From Candidatus Latescibacterota bacterium (GTDB lineage Bacteria; Latescibacterota; UBA2968), in contig OZ242195.1 in assembly GCA_965205975.1 (NCBI GenBank), forward strand, positions 4,640,001 to 4,704,000: a DNA stretch of 64,000 nt, in the 5' to 3' direction. Of this stretch, positions 62,182 to 64,000 are shown in pieces (position 1 is the first letter of the stretch; every line of letters starts with the position of its first letter). The position numbers and the translations under genes are program-made. Below the pieces are notes generated by a model. That model saw nothing but the letters and a program-made list of their open reading frames with translations. It was not told the DNA's origin and made no database searches.

Positions 62182-63366
62182 ATGCAGAGACGAGATCTCA
62201 TAGCGGCTATTGACCGGAAGTGGGTGGCGGAACGGACGCTGGAGTTGGTCGATATATACAGTGTTACTATGGACGAAGCCGAAGTGTGCCGCGCATATCG
62301 CGATATGATGTGCGGGATTGGGTTGGAAGTGGATGTGCGGGAAGTTACTCCGGGGCGGAACAATCTCTATGCGCGTATTGCAGGGCAGGGGGATGGTCCT
62401 GCGCTTATGCTCAATGGGCATCTCGATACGATTCCCGTGGGGGACTGTCCGCCCGCTCGTCGCGAGGGCAACCGCGTGTACGGACGGGGGGCGACCGATA
62501 TGAAGGGGGGAATGGCTGCGGCGTTGGGCGCGGTTAAGGCGCTCATAGAGAGCGGTGCGGAATTGCAGGGCGATTTGTGGCTGACGGCGGTTGTGGGACA
62601 CGAGGAGATTGAGGCGCAAAAGGACGGGCCATGGGCGCTGATTGCCGATCGCAATAGCGGCCGGATTGGCGGTGACCGGATTTTGATTGTCGAGGGGCGC
62701 GACGCGCTGTGGGTGATGAGCATGGGGTCGATGGTTTTTTCTATTACGCTCGAATCGGACGCTGGCGGCAAGCATACGCAGTACGTGCCTTTTTCGGAGA
62801 ATCCGATCCGCTTTGTGGGCGCGCTTATTGAGCGGATCCATCAGTATCAGCTTGAACTCGACGCTGGTCCGGCACACGCGCTTGCCGGGGCAGAGCGGAT
62901 TGATCTGGGCATTGTCACCGGGGGCGACTATTTTAATCGAACGCCTCTGTGTTGCACGCTGACCGGGACCCGACGCTGGTTGCCGGGGCGCACTGCGCCA
63001 CAGGTTTTGGCGGAGTTGGAAGATCTGGCGCGGCCGTTTGCCGAAGCCGGGAAGTTGAGTCTGCGGGTCGAGATGGAGCACGAGCGCGAGCCTTTTGATA
63101 CCCGTGCCGACGATGCGGCAGTGCAGGCGGTTGCCCGGGCGCATACACAGGTGACGGGCCAGGATGCGGAGCTGGTGGGGATGCGGATTGTGGGGGATGC
63201 CAATTTATACGTGCATGGGACGGGGGTGCCGACTTTTTACTACGGTCCCTCGAATGAGACAGCACACGCGGATGTGGAGTGGGTGGAGGTGGATCGGTTG
63301 GATCGGGCGGCGCAAGTGTACGCGTTGGCTGCGGCTGATTATTGTGGTGTTGTGGGAGAGGAATGA
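62182..63366 (+). CDS. M20 family peptidase/deacylase (ArgE/DapE-like)
   Basis: LNGHLDT, GRGATDMKGG, VGHEE, YGP...AHADVE. Confidence 0.88.
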   Translation: MQRRDLIAAIDRKWVAERTLELVDIYSVTMDEAEVCRAYRDMMCGIGLEVDVREVTPGRNNLYARIAGQGDGPALMLNGHLDTIPVGDCPPARREGNRVYGRGATDMKGGMAAALGAVKALIESGAELQGDLWLTAVVGHEEIEAQKDGPWALIADRNSGRIGGDRILIVEGRDALWVMSMGSMVFSITLESDAGGKHTQYVPFSENPIRFVGALIERIHQYQLELDAGPAHALAGAERIDLGIVTGGDYFNRTPLCCTLTGTRRWLPGRTAPQVLAELEDLARPFAEAGKLSLRVEMEHEREPFDTRADDAAVQAVARAHTQVTGQDAELVGMRIVGDANLYVHGTGVPTFYYGPSNETAHADVEWVEVDRLDRAAQVYALAAADYCGVVGEE

Positions 63367-63397
63367 TAGAGGTTTAACGCTCCGTACAAAAGACAAT

Positions 63398-63430
63398 AGG
63401 GCTGTACATTTCAATGTACAGCCCTTTTTT
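63398..63430. terminator. Intrinsic terminator between convergent genes
   Basis: AGGGCTGTACATT-TC-AATGTACAGCCCT followed by T-run. Confidence 0.75.
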
Positions 63431-63432
63431 AG

Positions 63433-64000
63433 TTATCTTTTCGTATCTTTTGGGGGGTCGAGGTATTTGACAAAGGCCACTTCGTTGCGCGCTTCGTTAT
63501 AGATCAATTCGTCTGCGCTGGTTTTGACCATTAGCAGGCCAAAGCCACCCGGGCGCAACCCCTGGTTTTCTCTGACGCTCATGTGGGCGATGGGATCGTC
63601 GGGGTTGTTGAGGGCCGCATGTTCGAGTTCATCCATGTCAAAACCCGGTCCGGGATCTGCTATGCGGAACATGAGCATGCGCTCAAAGCGGAGAAATGCG
63701 ATTCGAACCTTTTTGCTCGGGTCGAGCTTTCCGCCCCATTCAATGGCGTTGGCGAGGAGTTCGTAGAACGACATCGCGATGGTCTCGCGGAGGTCTTCGG
63801 GCAAGTCGGCTTCCAGTTGCATTACGAAATTTCGCATCCGCCCCGCTGATTTTTGATCGCAGGGCACCAGGATTTCAACCCAGTTTGGGGTTGCCGATGT
63901 CACTTCGATAAATGTTTCCTGGCGACTTGCGCTAAGGCCATCCTGGACGAGGCGTGTCAATTCCTGGGGGTCTATGGGTTTTGGGATATAGTGGTATGCC
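63433..64000 (-). CDS. Receiver domain + HATPase_c (RsbW-like anti-sigma/kinase) protein, 5'-truncated by window
   Basis: Frame open past 63960 (AYHYIPKPIDPQEL, receiver C-terminus); ELLANAIEWG, IADPGPGF, GGFGL. Confidence 0.8.
   Translation of the reverse strand, partial: AYHYIPKPIDPQELTRLVQDGLSASRQETFIEVTSATPNWVEILVPCDQKSAGRMRNFVMQLEADLPEDLRETIAMSFYELLANAIEWGGKLDPSKKVRIAFLRFERMLMFRIADPGPGFDMDELEHAALNNPDDPIAHMSVRENQGLRPGGFGLLMVKTSADELIYNEARNEVAFVKYLDPPKDTKR

Noticed and set aside
61924..63144. 406-aa minus-strand ORF
   Set aside because: Antisense shadow of the M20 peptidase and dehydrogenase genes.

Overview
Bacterial chromosomal window (~50% GC by eye). It is mostly catabolic and housekeeping genes: sulfatases, Gfo/Idh/MocA oxidoreductases, xylose-isomerase-like TIM barrels, pckA, proA, mmsA-like, mlaEFD, a sigma-70 factor and tRNA-Pro(GGG). 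This content and an EF-hand/dockerin-like 'DFxDFLxFxxxFG' tag suggest a marine or sponge-associated Latescibacterota-like organism (inference only). Three accessory regions stand out. (1) 1-4417: the 3' end of a candidate peptide-modification cluster. It has a Gly-zipper/Cys-containing precursor-like ORF missed by the ORF track, a GNAT, a subtilase fused to a DUF1611-like P-loop domain, a free-standing acyl carrier protein and a BtrH-like protein, suggesting an undescribed ACP-dependent acylated (lipo)peptide system. (2) ~18100-27000: a toxin-antitoxin/conflict patch. It holds an Rpn nuclease with a clear internal RBS+ATG, a nuclease-like/Gly-zipper gene paired with a VOC-coiled-coil-TM fusion, VapBC, and a HigB/RelE toxin split by an IS3 element with a CAAG target duplication. 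(3) ~53800-57300, after tRNA-Pro: a 586-aa unknown protein with an RNase-like C-terminus, and a NYN RNase preceded by a promoter-short RNA-terminator leader. Several REP-like palindrome families occupy intergenic spaces. All calls come from motif recognition by eye; no database searches were run.
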